From positions 73,180 to 137,179 of the forward strand of contig JAZDPX010000013.1 in NCBI GenBank assembly GCA_043797125.1: a DNA stretch of 64,000 bases. Reading direction: 5' to 3'. Positions 18,046 to 27,509 of this stretch are shown here, piece after piece (positions within the stretch are counted from its first letter, which is position 1; each line of letters opens with the position of its first letter). The stretch comes from Candidatus Omnitrophota bacterium (GTDB lineage Bacteria > Omnitrophota > Gorgyraeia > JABMRG01 > JAFGKX01). The position numbers were made by a program, and so were the translations under genes. The notes below the pieces were generated by a model, which worked only from the letters and a program-made list of their open reading frames with translations, was not told the DNA's origin and did not search any database.

Positions 18046-19419
18046 TTAATGGTGAATATGTTTTGTTTCTATCTTTGGCTCTTCTTCGGCAGGCGTTTCT
18101 AATCCTGCCTCTATTTCCTGGGCGCCTGACCACAACAAGCTCGCTCCACCTGTAAGCTGGCTTTGGGAATCTATAAGAAAATTTCCTTTTGTAACAATTA
18201 CATCGCCTTCGCTTAACCCGCTTAAGACAGGGTAGAATTGAGACGCTATGCCCTCTTCTTCTGCCGATGCAAGTGAACCAATCTTTATTTCTCTTCCTAC
18301 AAATTCGCCTTCTTTGGCTTGAATATATACAATTTTTCGAACGCCCGTGTCTAACACAGCGTCTTTGGGCACAGCCAAAATCATACCATCTTCATTTTGT
18401 GTTACTGTATATATATCTTCTATAACAACATTCACATACATCTGGGGTTTCAGTTTTAGATCCGGGTTATCCACTTCTATTCTTACCCGCGCTGAACGGG
18501 TCTTTGGGTCTATGACAGGATTTATTGACACTACTGCTCCTTTGAATTCCTCGCCGGGATATGCATCGGTCGTAATTTTCGCTTCCTGGCGCGGCTTAAC
18601 CCAGCCGAGTTCATACTCATATATCTGGGCATACGCCCACATTTTATCTTGCGGCAATATTAAACTCTGGTCGGCAGTAGTCTGGTTTTGCAGGCTTGCT
18701 ATATATTCATCGCTTAAGCCAAGCAATTTAAGCCTGGTCTTTGACCTGTTTAAAATGTCATCGGCGCGCGCGATTACATCCGGGTCCGGGCTATTTCCAA
18801 CTTTTTCCCTGGTCTGAACCGCGGTTAGAAATTCCTCTTGCGCAACAGCAAGTTCCGGATCATAAGCTATGGTTCCTGACGCACGTATGAGCTTTGACAA
18901 ACTTCTCTTTTTTATCGGCTCTGTTTTTATGCCTGCAAGATCGACCTGCTGCTTATTAAGGCTGACCCTCGATACCGCTGTTTCGCCATTCTGAACTCTT
19001 AGTTTCGCCGCCTGTTCAGGCTTTATCTTTTTAAGGGGTTTTTTGCATACGGGGCAGCTCATTTGCTTATCCGCTGTGATTACAAATGAATGGCCGCCGC
19101 ATATGCATTGCGCGTCTTTTATGCCTTCGTCGCAATGCTTACAATGGCCTTGTTCTGTCACGCCGCAGCCATAATAATCCTCATTAGCCTGTACCGCTTC
19201 ATCCTGCTGCGGCTCTGCTGTTTCATAAACAGGGATTAAGTCCATGCCGCAGATGGGGCATTTGCCTTTTTTTTCAGCGTGCACGCTTGGGTGCATAGAA
19301 CATGTCCAATATGAAATCTTTTGCTCGGTGCTAGTTTTTTCTACCGCTTGTGCCACGCAAACTGTCGCAGTTAAAAGTGCTGTTAATACGACAGCCGCTA
19401 AAATTATTTTGAGTCTCAT
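18046..19419 (-). CDS. cusB: RND efflux periplasmic adaptor (CusB/CzcB-like) with N-terminal Cys/His-rich heavy-metal-binding domains.
   Basis: 457 aa. Signal peptide. YWTCSMHPSVHAEKKGKCPICGMDL is a TCSMHP...CPICGM heavy-metal-binding module. A second cluster is CKHCDEG...CICGGH...CPVCKKPL. Membrane-fusion beta-barrel/lipoyl segments follow. Confidence 0.8.
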   Translation of the reverse strand: MRLKIILAAVVLTALLTATVCVAQAVEKTSTEQKISYWTCSMHPSVHAEKKGKCPICGMDLIPVYETAEPQQDEAVQANEDYYGCGVTEQGHCKHCDEGIKDAQCICGGHSFVITADKQMSCPVCKKPLKKIKPEQAAKLRVQNGETAVSRVSLNKQQVDLAGIKTEPIKKRSLSKLIRASGTIAYDPELAVAQEEFLTAVQTREKVGNSPDPDVIARADDILNRSKTRLKLLGLSDEYIASLQNQTTADQSLILPQDKMWAYAQIYEYELGWVKPRQEAKITTDAYPGEEFKGAVVSINPVIDPKTRSARVRIEVDNPDLKLKPQMYVNVVIEDIYTVTQNEDGMILAVPKDAVLDTGVRKIVYIQAKEGEFVGREIKIGSLASAEEEGIASQFYPVLSGLSEGDVIVTKGNFLIDSQSQLTGGASLLWSGAQEIEAGLETPAEEEPKIETKHIHH

Positions 19420-19432
19420 TTATGCGCCTCCA

Positions 19433-20692
19433 TTATAAGTCAATGCCCACAGCCATTTCCAGCTCTGCTAATGCCGCCTCATGCTCAACTGTCGCCATAT
19501 AATAATCTAATTTAAATTCCAGAAGCGTTCTTTGGCTGTCAAGAAGGTTTAAGAAATCTATGGTGTTTGCCTCATAACCAACAGATGCGGATTTAAACGC
19601 CTGCTCAGCCTGCGGAATAAAAGATGTCTTATACAGAGTTGCCAATTTTTTATACGCCTCGGCTTTTGAATAAGCGTCCTTCACTTCAAGCAGGACCGTG
19701 TTCTTTTTATCCTGATACTCTGCCTCCATTGCTTTAAGCTCATTTTTCATCTGGCTTACATTAAAACTTTCTTTCTGCCAAAACCATAATGGTATGCTTA
19801 TACCCACCATGCCTGCCCAGTCTGTAAGGCGCCCGTCCCGCTCCATGCTTTCGTATTTTACCGTAAAATCAGGCAGATATTCCTGCTTTGCCAAAGAATA
19901 GATTTTCTTCGCCCTTTCAACTGCCAGATGCGACGCCATAAGCTCGGGCCTTTTTTCAAGCGTTATTTTGTTTAATTCATCAAGGGTATATTTAAGCTCT
20001 GTTTCGCCGCTTGAGGCAATGGGGCCTAGCTCAAAGCTCGGGTCCTTGTTTAAAAGTATATCCAGCCGCGCCTGCTTTGCCTGCCTTTTCTGCTCAAGCA
20101 TCAGCAGTTCATTATCCATACGCGCTATCTCTACGTGCGCTTTCAATGCGTCCTGCTGGCTTGTTTTACCAAGCGAGTACTGCGCGGATGCGGAAGAGGC
20201 CAACTGTTCCAAGAGCAGTTTGTTTTCCTTTGTTATGTCAATTGATTTATATACAAACGCAAGTTCCGAATATAACGACTTGACGCTTGAAATTATCCGC
20301 CTTTCTTTTTCCCTATATTCGCTATATGCTATCTGGGCTTCTTTCTGCGCTATCTGCGCCCTTGTCAAAAGCTTTGAAAGAAACGGCACATCCTGGGACA
20401 CCGCGTATGTGCGCATCGGAGCGGTATCGCCTTCCATAACAGCATCCATACTCGCGTTTATCTTATCATACTTAAATTCAAACTCCGGGTTGTTTAAACT
20501 TGATGCCTGGGGTATCTTATTCTTCGCTGCCTCATATCTATTCTTTGATGCTATAATTTCTGGATTGTTCCGGACGGCTTCGTCGATGAGTGTAGCTAAA
20601 TTATCTGGTTCATCGGCATACAGATGCAGAGTAGAAAAAACTGATGCCAGCAATGCCAGCAAACAAATAAATTTTATCTTTGACTTTTCCAT
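19433..20692 (-). CDS. Outer membrane efflux protein (TolC/CusC-like OMF).
   Basis: 419 aa. Signal peptide MEKSKIKFICLLALLASVFSTLHLYA. Two-repeat TolC-like coiled-coil architecture. Operon position upstream of the adaptor and RND pump. Confidence 0.75.
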   Translation of the reverse strand: MEKSKIKFICLLALLASVFSTLHLYADEPDNLATLIDEAVRNNPEIIASKNRYEAAKNKIPQASSLNNPEFEFKYDKINASMDAVMEGDTAPMRTYAVSQDVPFLSKLLTRAQIAQKEAQIAYSEYREKERRIISSVKSLYSELAFVYKSIDITKENKLLLEQLASSASAQYSLGKTSQQDALKAHVEIARMDNELLMLEQKRQAKQARLDILLNKDPSFELGPIASSGETELKYTLDELNKITLEKRPELMASHLAVERAKKIYSLAKQEYLPDFTVKYESMERDGRLTDWAGMVGISIPLWFWQKESFNVSQMKNELKAMEAEYQDKKNTVLLEVKDAYSKAEAYKKLATLYKTSFIPQAEQAFKSASVGYEANTIDFLNLLDSQRTLLEFKLDYYMATVEHEAALAELEMAVGIDL

Positions 20693-20750
20693 TTTTCGGA
20701 TTAATTATAGCACGAAACTCGCTGTTCGTACAAATATTATCGAAAACAAT

Positions 20751-20784
20751 AATAGTAGGGCAGGCTTAAGCCTGCCCTACTATT
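20751..20784 (+). repeat. Palindrome-only short copy of the MITE/REP-like family.
   Basis: aatagtagggcaggcTTAAgcctgccctactatt. The stem variant gggcagg/cctgccc preserves pairing by compensatory change. Confidence 0.65.
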
Positions 20785-20810
20785 ACATAACATGTGCCTT
20801 ACGCTAATTA

Positions 20811-22013
20811 TTAAATCGGGCGTTCGTTTAACGGCTTAAATGTGTAGCCTGAATCAGCTCCCGGCAGAGAAGCCACGGGTTCACTTAACAAAAAGTCGCC
20901 TTTCTTGATCCACTTTTTCAGTGTGTTGGCAATCTCAACCGCCTTGCTGTAACTGGAAAGGCTTCCTGTCGGAATTTCTTTGCCCTGGAATTTAATCTTG
21001 CCGCTTCTAAGCTGAGCGTAATTTACCTCGCCAAGGCTTCCTGGTATTCCTTGCGGATACGCCTTGCTGTAATCAACTACCTGCGCCCACAGGTCTTCGT
21101 CTTTAACTGTTGTATATTGGCAGATTTCCTCGTTTAATATAGGTATAGGAATGCCTATGCCAACATTGAGAGTTACGCCATAACCCTGCATAGATACTCC
21201 GACAAGCCATTCCTGCTTCATTTGTTTAAGGTCACCTATAACTGCCAAGGTTCCTGCCGGCGCCTGGGGCACACCGTTGTCTTTGCGTTTTACCGAAGGG
21301 TTATGCTGCGTTCCGTGCCAGGCCACATAGCCTATTCCGCCGCCTAAGAATATCTTTGTGCCGATACCGATAGTTTTATAATACGGGTCATTTAAAAGAG
21401 GCGAAAGCTGGCCGGCGCTACAGTAATTGGCATTGCCCAATTTTGGCCTAAGTATTCCCATATACGTATAGATGACTTTATCCGACAAGTTAACCGCTAC
21501 GTTGTAATTCTGGTAAACATTTCTTGGATTAAAAAGCACTGCCTCGTTTAAATCCTTGATGTTTATCTTGGTCTTCAGTTCTTTGCGCGGATAGCAATCA
21601 GTGCCATATGCTGTAGCTGTCAGGACTAAATCTTTACCAGCTACCAAGTCTTCTATCACGTGGGCTCCGCCGTATTTGAATTCTCCCGGGAAAACTTTGT
21701 TTCTTGGATCGTCGTCGGGCATGGCGGTTGCGCCAACATAAACATCGACTGCGGCAAATCCCGCGTAAACAGGCACGTCATTAATATATGCCCTGCCTCC
21801 GCCGATTTTTGTTTTCGGTTTGCTGTGGCCTATGTTAAAATACGCACCTGATGAGCACATCGGGCCAAAGGTACCGGTGGTAACAACATCGACTTCCTTT
21901 GCCGCTTTAGCCGCGCCTTTTTTCTTAACAATGTCAATTATCTCTTCCGCGGTTACCACTACCGCATTTCCGCTTTTTATGCGTTCGTTAATTTCTGCTA
22001 TAGTTTTTGCCAT
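20811..22013 (-). CDS. DUF39/COG1900-like protein, putative sulfur-incorporating homocysteine biosynthesis enzyme (L-aspartate semialdehyde sulfurtransferase-like).
   Basis: 400 aa. N-terminus MAKTIAEINERIKSGNAVVVTAEEIIDIV...VDVVTTGTFGPM resembles COG1900 proteins. Genomic context with cysK and an Rrf2 regulator supports a sulfur-metabolism role. Confidence 0.45.
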   Translation of the reverse strand: MAKTIAEINERIKSGNAVVVTAEEIIDIVKKKGAAKAAKEVDVVTTGTFGPMCSSGAYFNIGHSKPKTKIGGGRAYINDVPVYAGFAAVDVYVGATAMPDDDPRNKVFPGEFKYGGAHVIEDLVAGKDLVLTATAYGTDCYPRKELKTKINIKDLNEAVLFNPRNVYQNYNVAVNLSDKVIYTYMGILRPKLGNANYCSAGQLSPLLNDPYYKTIGIGTKIFLGGGIGYVAWHGTQHNPSVKRKDNGVPQAPAGTLAVIGDLKQMKQEWLVGVSMQGYGVTLNVGIGIPIPILNEEICQYTTVKDEDLWAQVVDYSKAYPQGIPGSLGEVNYAQLRSGKIKFQGKEIPTGSLSSYSKAVEIANTLKKWIKKGDFLLSEPVASLPGADSGYTFKPLNERPI

Positions 22014-22034
22014 AGTTTCCTCCGTTTTTTTAGC

Positions 22035-22955
22035 TTATTTAAACAGCCAAGTAGTTAAGTAGCGTTCGCCTGTATCAGGAAGTATAACAACGATTAATTT
22101 GCCTTTATTTTCTTTGCGCTTAGCTATTTCTACGGCCGCGTGCACTGCCGCGCCGCTTGATATACCCGCTAATATGCCTTCTTCTTTTGCCAGCCTTCTT
22201 GCCATTATGCCGGAATCTTCGTTACTAACCTGAATTATCTCGTCGATTAATTCCTTTTTTAAAACATCCGGCACAAACCCGGCGCCTATTCCCTGAATTT
22301 TATGCGCGCCCGGCTTTCCGCCTGAAAGAACAGGTGAATCTGTCGGCTCAACCGCAATTGCTTTAAATGACGGCTTTCTTTTTTTAATTACTTCTGCTAC
22401 GCCGGTGATTGTTCCGCCTGTGCCAACGCCGCTGATTAAAATATCTATTTTGCCGTCGGTATCTGCCCATATCTCCTGCGCTGTTGTCTCTCTGTGTATC
22501 TTAGGATTAGCGGGGTTTTTAAACTGCTGAGGCATAAATGAGTTTGGCGTTTCCTTAAGAAGCTCTTCTGCCCTTTTAACTGCGCCTGTCATTCCTTCCG
22601 CGCCCGGGGTAAGAACAAGCTCTGCGCCAAATACAGATAAAAGCTGCCTGCGCTCAATAGACATGGTATCTGGCATTGTTAAAATTAGACGGTAGCCTCT
22701 GGCAGCGCATACAAAGGCAAGGCCTATGCCTGTATTTCCGCTTGTCGGCTCAATTATTACAGTGCCTTTTTTAATCAGGCCTTTTTTTTCCGCGTCATCA
22801 ATCATTGAAACGCCTATTCTGTCTTTTACGCTGGACAGCGGGTTAAAGGATTCTAATTTTCCTACCAATGCCGCCTCAGATCCTTGGGCAATTTTATTTA
22901 ACCTCACCAAAGGCGTGTTGCCTACCAATTTGGTTATATCATCTGCTATCTTCAT
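22035..22955 (-). CDS. cysK: Cysteine synthase / O-acetylserine sulfhydrylase (PLP-dependent, CysK/CysM).
   Basis: 306 aa. [25 protein letters not shown]-lysine motif SVKDRIG, glycine loop [16 protein letters not shown]. Confidence 0.9.
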   Translation of the reverse strand: MKIADDITKLVGNTPLVRLNKIAQGSEAALVGKLESFNPLSSVKDRIGVSMIDDAEKKGLIKKGTVIIEPTSGNTGIGLAFVCAARGYRLILTMPDTMSIERRQLLSVFGAELVLTPGAEGMTGAVKRAEELLKETPNSFMPQQFKNPANPKIHRETTAQEIWADTDGKIDILISGVGTGGTITGVAEVIKKRKPSFKAIAVEPTDSPVLSGGKPGAHKIQGIGAGFVPDVLKKELIDEIIQVSNEDSGIMARRLAKEEGILAGISSGAAVHAAVEIAKRKENKGKLIVVILPDTGERYLTTWLFK

Positions 22956-22990
22956 TATGTTTTCTCCGGTTTATATAGCTATTAAAAGTT

Positions 22991-23090
22991 TCACAGATAA
23001 TCACAGATTAAAAGAAACAGACTATCGCAGATTTTTTAAAATATATCTGTGATCATCTTGTATCTTTTCATCTGCGATCATCTGTGTAAT
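22991..23090 (+). repeat. Repeat family B, copy 1 (~95 nt), built from periodic ATCTG(T/C)GAT(C/T) boxes. Lies in the cysK promoter region, 3' of the Rrf2 gene.
   Basis: tcacagataatcacagattaaaagaaacagactatcgcagatttt...atatctgtgatcatcttgtatcttttcatctgcgatcatctgtgtaa. About 85% identical to the reverse complement of 54076-54172. Confidence 0.75.
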
Positions 23091-23101
23091 AAATCTCATT
23101 T

Positions 23102-23545
23102 TCATATAACATACATATGCGGGGTTTTAAGTTTTTTCTTGTGCCTTTTAACCATTTCCTCTAAAGTTACTGATTCTAAACTTTTTAATATTTTATCGCC
23201 TAATTCTTTCCATATATCGCGCGTTACGCAAATATCTATTCTATCACAAACAGCGGGCGAATCAATACATTCAACAGGTGACAATGAACCTTCAAGCGTC
23301 AAAATTATTTCCTTGAGCGTTATTTTGGATGGCGCCTTTGCCAGCGTGTAGCCGCCATGCGCGCCCCTGCTTGATTTTACAAGCCCAATAGCTTTAAGCG
23401 GCGGCACAAGATGCTCTAAATATCCTTCGGAAATATTCTGTCTTTTGGCAATATCTTTCAGCAGAACATTGCCGTTGCCATAATTAAGCGCCAGTTCCAG
23501 CATTAATCTTGCGCCATATCTTCCTTTTGTTGAAAGCCTCATCAT
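23102..23545 (-). CDS. Rrf2-family transcriptional regulator (IscR/CymR-like, three-Cys cluster ligand set).
   Basis: 147 aa. N-terminal wHTH MMRLSTKGRYGARLMLELALNYGNGNVLLKDIAKRQNISEGYLEHLV. Cys triad CIDSPAVCDRIDIC. Confidence 0.85.
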   Translation of the reverse strand: MMRLSTKGRYGARLMLELALNYGNGNVLLKDIAKRQNISEGYLEHLVPPLKAIGLVKSSRGAHGGYTLAKAPSKITLKEIILTLEGSLSPVECIDSPAVCDRIDICVTRDIWKELGDKILKSLESVTLEEMVKRHKKKLKTPHMYVI

Positions 23546-23614
23546 AAATTATGATTTCTTAACCTATTAACCTTATCATATTGGTAGGGATTATATACAA
23601 AAAAATATTTCCTG

Positions 23615-25021
23615 TCAAGGTTTTTCTTCTGTTTGCGGCGGCTGTTGCGGAGGTTCTTGCGGGGCAGCCTCTTCTTTTTTAAGATCAAGGTTTGTAAGAT
23701 TTTCAAATATATTGCTAAAAATCCCTTTTCTAATCGAAAATACGGCGTCTTTGCCGCGCAATCTTGCGATGTATGTTTCCCCTTTTTTAACAACATCGAT
23801 TGCTAAAGTGGTTGCATCCTTGTTTTCTATCTCGAACGAATACGCCAGCATATCCTTGGATGCATCCGCATAGTTCTCGTTAAAAAGAATCTTCTCAACC
23901 TCAAAACCTTTTAATTTATCGATATAGCTTGTATTTTTCTGTACCAGGGCTTCATCAAGTTTATAAACTTCGTTTTCCGCGCTAACAGATACGGATTTCA
24001 AGTTATCTTTGTTTATCTTCAGCGGGTTATCTATAAAAAATTTGGATGTATCTATATCCAGCTTATCAATTGCGTAGCTGCGCAGGATATAGGCGTATCC
24101 GTCTTGAGTCTTGGCGTATCTATCCTTGCCGTCTTTTTCGGTTGCGTTGCCCAAAATAATCTCTATCGGCTTTTCCTGGCCTTCCAGCACAACCTTAAGG
24201 TACGGTTTTTCAAAGCCCCGGCCTTCGGCGCTTTCTAGGGCAATGGCCTCTTGCGCCTTTGCCTCTGTCATGGCCTTAAGCGCATTTTTTATTTTTTCCG
24301 AATCAATGTTAAATAAGGGCTCTTGCCCGACCGCCACCCAGCGCTTAAGGTTTCTTTCCGGATCGAGTTCTTTCTTAAGATCCGCGGTTGCTATTTCAAC
24401 ATCCTGCTGCCTGCGGATTATCTTTATTGATTCTATTTTTTCGGTATCAAATTTGGCAACAGTCAAATCAATCCACGTGTCCGCATTAATGGTGGCGTCT
24501 TTGGGTTCTGTGTAAATATCAAGAAATGAATAAACATCCTTATCCGTGATATAAACTTCTTCCGAGCTTCCTATTCTCAGGAATGAGCTTCCCTCGCCGG
24601 GTTTTTCCATGCCTATAAAAAACACCTGGTATGGTTTTGAATCCTTATCAAGTATAGATATCGAAAACGCCTCGTTATCAGCAATCTTGTAATCTGAAAA
24701 GAGGTTTTTCGAATTAGAGCGCATTTCTCCCTGCAATGACGCAAGATCTGTTATAAATTTTTCTATTCTTTCGCTCTGCGCCATCATATTACCTTTGGAA
24801 GGAAGGCGCCATTGAGCGTCTTTTTTCTCAAGCGTTAAAAGGTTCTCGTTTTCGCCTTTTTTAATCTGGATTCCGTAAATTAAAGAAGGATCGATGGTAA
24901 TCTGAAGGCCCTTGTACTCCTGTTGCGCTAATTCGGGTTTCATAAAAATCTTTTTGGCGGATAATATCGCCAAAAGGGTTATTAGTATAACTCCTAAAAA
25001 TATTAAATGTTTGGTCTTCAT
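23615..25021 (-). CDS. Membrane-anchored hypothetical protein (DUF4340-like partner of GldG-type ABC systems).
   Basis: 468 aa. N-terminal TM MKTKHLIFLGVILITLLAILSA. Pro/Gln-rich C-terminus. Positioned directly after the ABC-2/GldG fusion, as is typical for DUF4340. Confidence 0.35.
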   Translation of the reverse strand: MKTKHLIFLGVILITLLAILSAKKIFMKPELAQQEYKGLQITIDPSLIYGIQIKKGENENLLTLEKKDAQWRLPSKGNMMAQSERIEKFITDLASLQGEMRSNSKNLFSDYKIADNEAFSISILDKDSKPYQVFFIGMEKPGEGSSFLRIGSSEEVYITDKDVYSFLDIYTEPKDATINADTWIDLTVAKFDTEKIESIKIIRRQQDVEIATADLKKELDPERNLKRWVAVGQEPLFNIDSEKIKNALKAMTEAKAQEAIALESAEGRGFEKPYLKVVLEGQEKPIEIILGNATEKDGKDRYAKTQDGYAYILRSYAIDKLDIDTSKFFIDNPLKINKDNLKSVSVSAENEVYKLDEALVQKNTSYIDKLKGFEVEKILFNENYADASKDMLAYSFEIENKDATTLAIDVVKKGETYIARLRGKDAVFSIRKGIFSNIFENLTNLDLKKEEAAPQEPPQQPPQTEEKP

Positions 25022-25034
25022 ATTATTTAAGCCG

Positions 25035-27509
25035 CTACGCTTGAAGGCTTTTTAAGTACAGCCACTTTGTGCGCTTTCTCATAAAAATCCTGAAAGCCCC
25101 GATAACGCACAACGCCACAGGCAATAAAAATGTCGTGAATATTCTCCACCAGGCCTTGGCTATAGTTGATATCTTTTTTGTGGAGCGGTCCACCTGCTGT
25201 TTGCTTCTTACCTCAATAAGCTGCTCGCCCAGGGTAATCGCGTCAATTGAATTGATAAAAAATCCCAATTGCCCGCCTTTTGTAAAAAGCTCTCTTGTAA
25301 ACATCATTGTGCAGCCTGTCAGCACCAATTTGCCCGGGGCAGGCGAAAGCGCCACGTTTTCCTTTGGTTTTTCATAGCTTTCTTCTTCCGCGGCCTCCTC
25401 TTTCGGCCATTCCGGGACGCCTTTGCCTTCAAACGCGTCGGGAAACTGCCCCTGCACCAGAACAGCCAGCGGAATGCTCTTTCTTTTATCAGGCGGCGGC
25501 ATATTAAAGTCGTCGTTGGTAAGCTCGCCCTGGTGAAATTCCGCCTGCCACGAATCCTCGCTTGAGGTAAAAAGTGTTTTTGAGGCAAGGTTTAATGTTG
25601 AGAGTTTCGCGGAATCGACGACAACAGCCGTGCCCCAGAGGTAAAACATGGTGGAAAGCCTTGATGTTATGGATACATCCTTGTTCATTTGGTCTGATAT
25701 AATCTTCACCTGAATAGGCAGTTTTACAGGCGCGCTAATAGGTATTACGCCGAATAACTTACTGCCCGTAAGGCTTACTATATCGACCTGGGAATCCATA
25801 AGGAAATCTTTGCTTACGCCAAGGCCCCATTTTTCAAGTATGTCTTCGACCTGCGGGTTTTTATCAACCGAAGCGACTCTTATGCCCTGCTGGGAAAACG
25901 AGCTGTATTCAAAATTGTATCTTTGAACCGCCATAAATACCGAGCCGCCGTTCACTAAAAATCTATTTATCTCGAATCTTTGGCGCTCGTTGAGGTCTCT
26001 GGGCTCTATGATAATAAGAGTATTTGTGCCTGCCGGTATCGGTTCTTCCTGCGTAAGCTTTATACGGGATACGGTGTAGCCTTCGTACTCCAGCAATTTA
26101 GGAAGAAACTCATACTCATCTTCCCTTAGCTTATCAACCTGGTCCTGGCCCAAGCTTGCCAATATCTGTTTCATAGACGGGTCAATAAACCTTTCCTCGT
26201 ACGGAGCGACCAGGGCAACGGAAGGCTTTTTAGCCAAAGTCATCTTATATATGGTTGAGATGACAATGTACTCTAAATCATATATATGGTCAGCCGTTAT
26301 TCTCGGTATGACTTCTTCGGGCTTTTCCTTATACGCTATGGATATGGCCGAATAAATAAGCTTTACGCCTAATTCGTCGGCCTCTATGCTTTGCACCTGA
26401 AACGGCCGTATGCCCTTTTTCTCGATAGATTTTTCCAGCGACTCCTCCTGGCCCTCCTGCGTAACATTGGCTGCCTCCATATGAAAAACCTTATAGTCAA
26501 AATTGCCCTTTGACGCCACCTTTAGCTCGTCGAGCTTGTCCCTGATGTCACGCTCCAGGTTTTTCATTCCTGTGGGCATCTTATCCGAGGAGGAGATAAA
26601 CAACTTCGCCGTAGCAGGCGCTTTTAAACCTTGCAGGATTTCTTTTGTCGCCTTTGATATGGTGTACATCTTTCCTTCTGTTAAATCCGCGCGGCCTATG
26701 GGCATGTCCGAGAATATAAAATTAAACAGCGCGAAAATCGCAACGCTTATAAGAACGGCTGTGGTAAAAAACGTTTTTGATTTTGGCTTTAATCTCGTTT
26801 CCAGCCAGAAAGTATTAAGCGCCAGGAATATCGCTGTCCCGATAACAATATATAATACGTCGCGGATATCTATGACTCCCTTATTAAAAGCGCTGAAATG
26901 CTGCGTAAGGCCTAACGAGCTTCTTAAGAACGATCCTAGCCCGGGTATCCAGCCATCTATGGAGCCTGCGGTGAAATCCGTGCCTAAAAGAAACAGCCCA
27001 AAACAAGCCACCATTCCTATAATCAAAGAGACAATCTGGTCTTTGCAAAACCCTGAAACAAAAATTCCTATTGAAAGGAAGAGGCTGCCCACAAGAATTG
27101 CGCCTATATATTGGCATATAATAATGCCTATGTCCGGCTTTCCAAGGATTGCGATCATTATGGGTATGGTGACTGTGGAAAGAAGCGCGGTTATATAGAA
27201 GACCAGGCTGGCTAAAAATTTACCCATTACAAGCTCCTGCGTCTTGACAGGAAACGTAAGTAAGAGTTCCAGGGTATTGCCTTTTCTGTCTTCGGCCCAT
27301 AGGCGCATTGTAACCGCGGGCAAAAACACGCAAAGTATAAGCGGTAAAGCATAAAAGAATCTTCTCATGTCGGCGATTGAAATTATGAAAAACTCCGTCA
27401 TGTATACCCCGCCTGATATAAGGAGAAATACTATTATAAATATATATGCTATCGGCGAATTAAAAAACGCCTTTATTTCGCGTTTGAATATGGTAATTAT
27501 GTTTCTCAT
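25035..27509 (-). CDS. Fused ABC-2 family permease and GldG-like (ABC-type uncharacterized transport system) protein.
   Basis: 824 aa. N-terminal about 270 aa with six TM segments (ABC-2). A large periplasmic domain and a C-terminal TM. Translationally coupled (4-nt overlap) to the upstream ABC ATPase. Confidence 0.55.
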   Translation of the reverse strand: MRNIITIFKREIKAFFNSPIAYIFIIVFLLISGGVYMTEFFIISIADMRRFFYALPLILCVFLPAVTMRLWAEDRKGNTLELLLTFPVKTQELVMGKFLASLVFYITALLSTVTIPIMIAILGKPDIGIIICQYIGAILVGSLFLSIGIFVSGFCKDQIVSLIIGMVACFGLFLLGTDFTAGSIDGWIPGLGSFLRSSLGLTQHFSAFNKGVIDIRDVLYIVIGTAIFLALNTFWLETRLKPKSKTFFTTAVLISVAIFALFNFIFSDMPIGRADLTEGKMYTISKATKEILQGLKAPATAKLFISSSDKMPTGMKNLERDIRDKLDELKVASKGNFDYKVFHMEAANVTQEGQEESLEKSIEKKGIRPFQVQSIEADELGVKLIYSAISIAYKEKPEEVIPRITADHIYDLEYIVISTIYKMTLAKKPSVALVAPYEERFIDPSMKQILASLGQDQVDKLREDEYEFLPKLLEYEGYTVSRIKLTQEEPIPAGTNTLIIIEPRDLNERQRFEINRFLVNGGSVFMAVQRYNFEYSSFSQQGIRVASVDKNPQVEDILEKWGLGVSKDFLMDSQVDIVSLTGSKLFGVIPISAPVKLPIQVKIISDQMNKDVSITSRLSTMFYLWGTAVVVDSAKLSTLNLASKTLFTSSEDSWQAEFHQGELTNDDFNMPPPDKRKSIPLAVLVQGQFPDAFEGKGVPEWPKEEAAEEESYEKPKENVALSPAPGKLVLTGCTMMFTRELFTKGGQLGFFINSIDAITLGEQLIEVRSKQQVDRSTKKISTIAKAWWRIFTTFLLPVALCVIGAFRIFMRKRTKWLYLKSLQA

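Noticed and set aside
23542-23796. 84-aa minus-strand ORF overlapping the 3' end of the 468-aa membrane protein gene
   Set aside because: Overlaps a longer, better-supported ORF in another frame. Basic low-complexity translation.
25269-25588. ORFs on both strands (e.g. 25307..25507, 25319..25588) inside the ABC-2/GldG gene
   Set aside because: They coincide with a GC-richer, acidic linker region (EEAAEEESYEKPKE) of the real gene. Arg/Pro-rich spurious frames.
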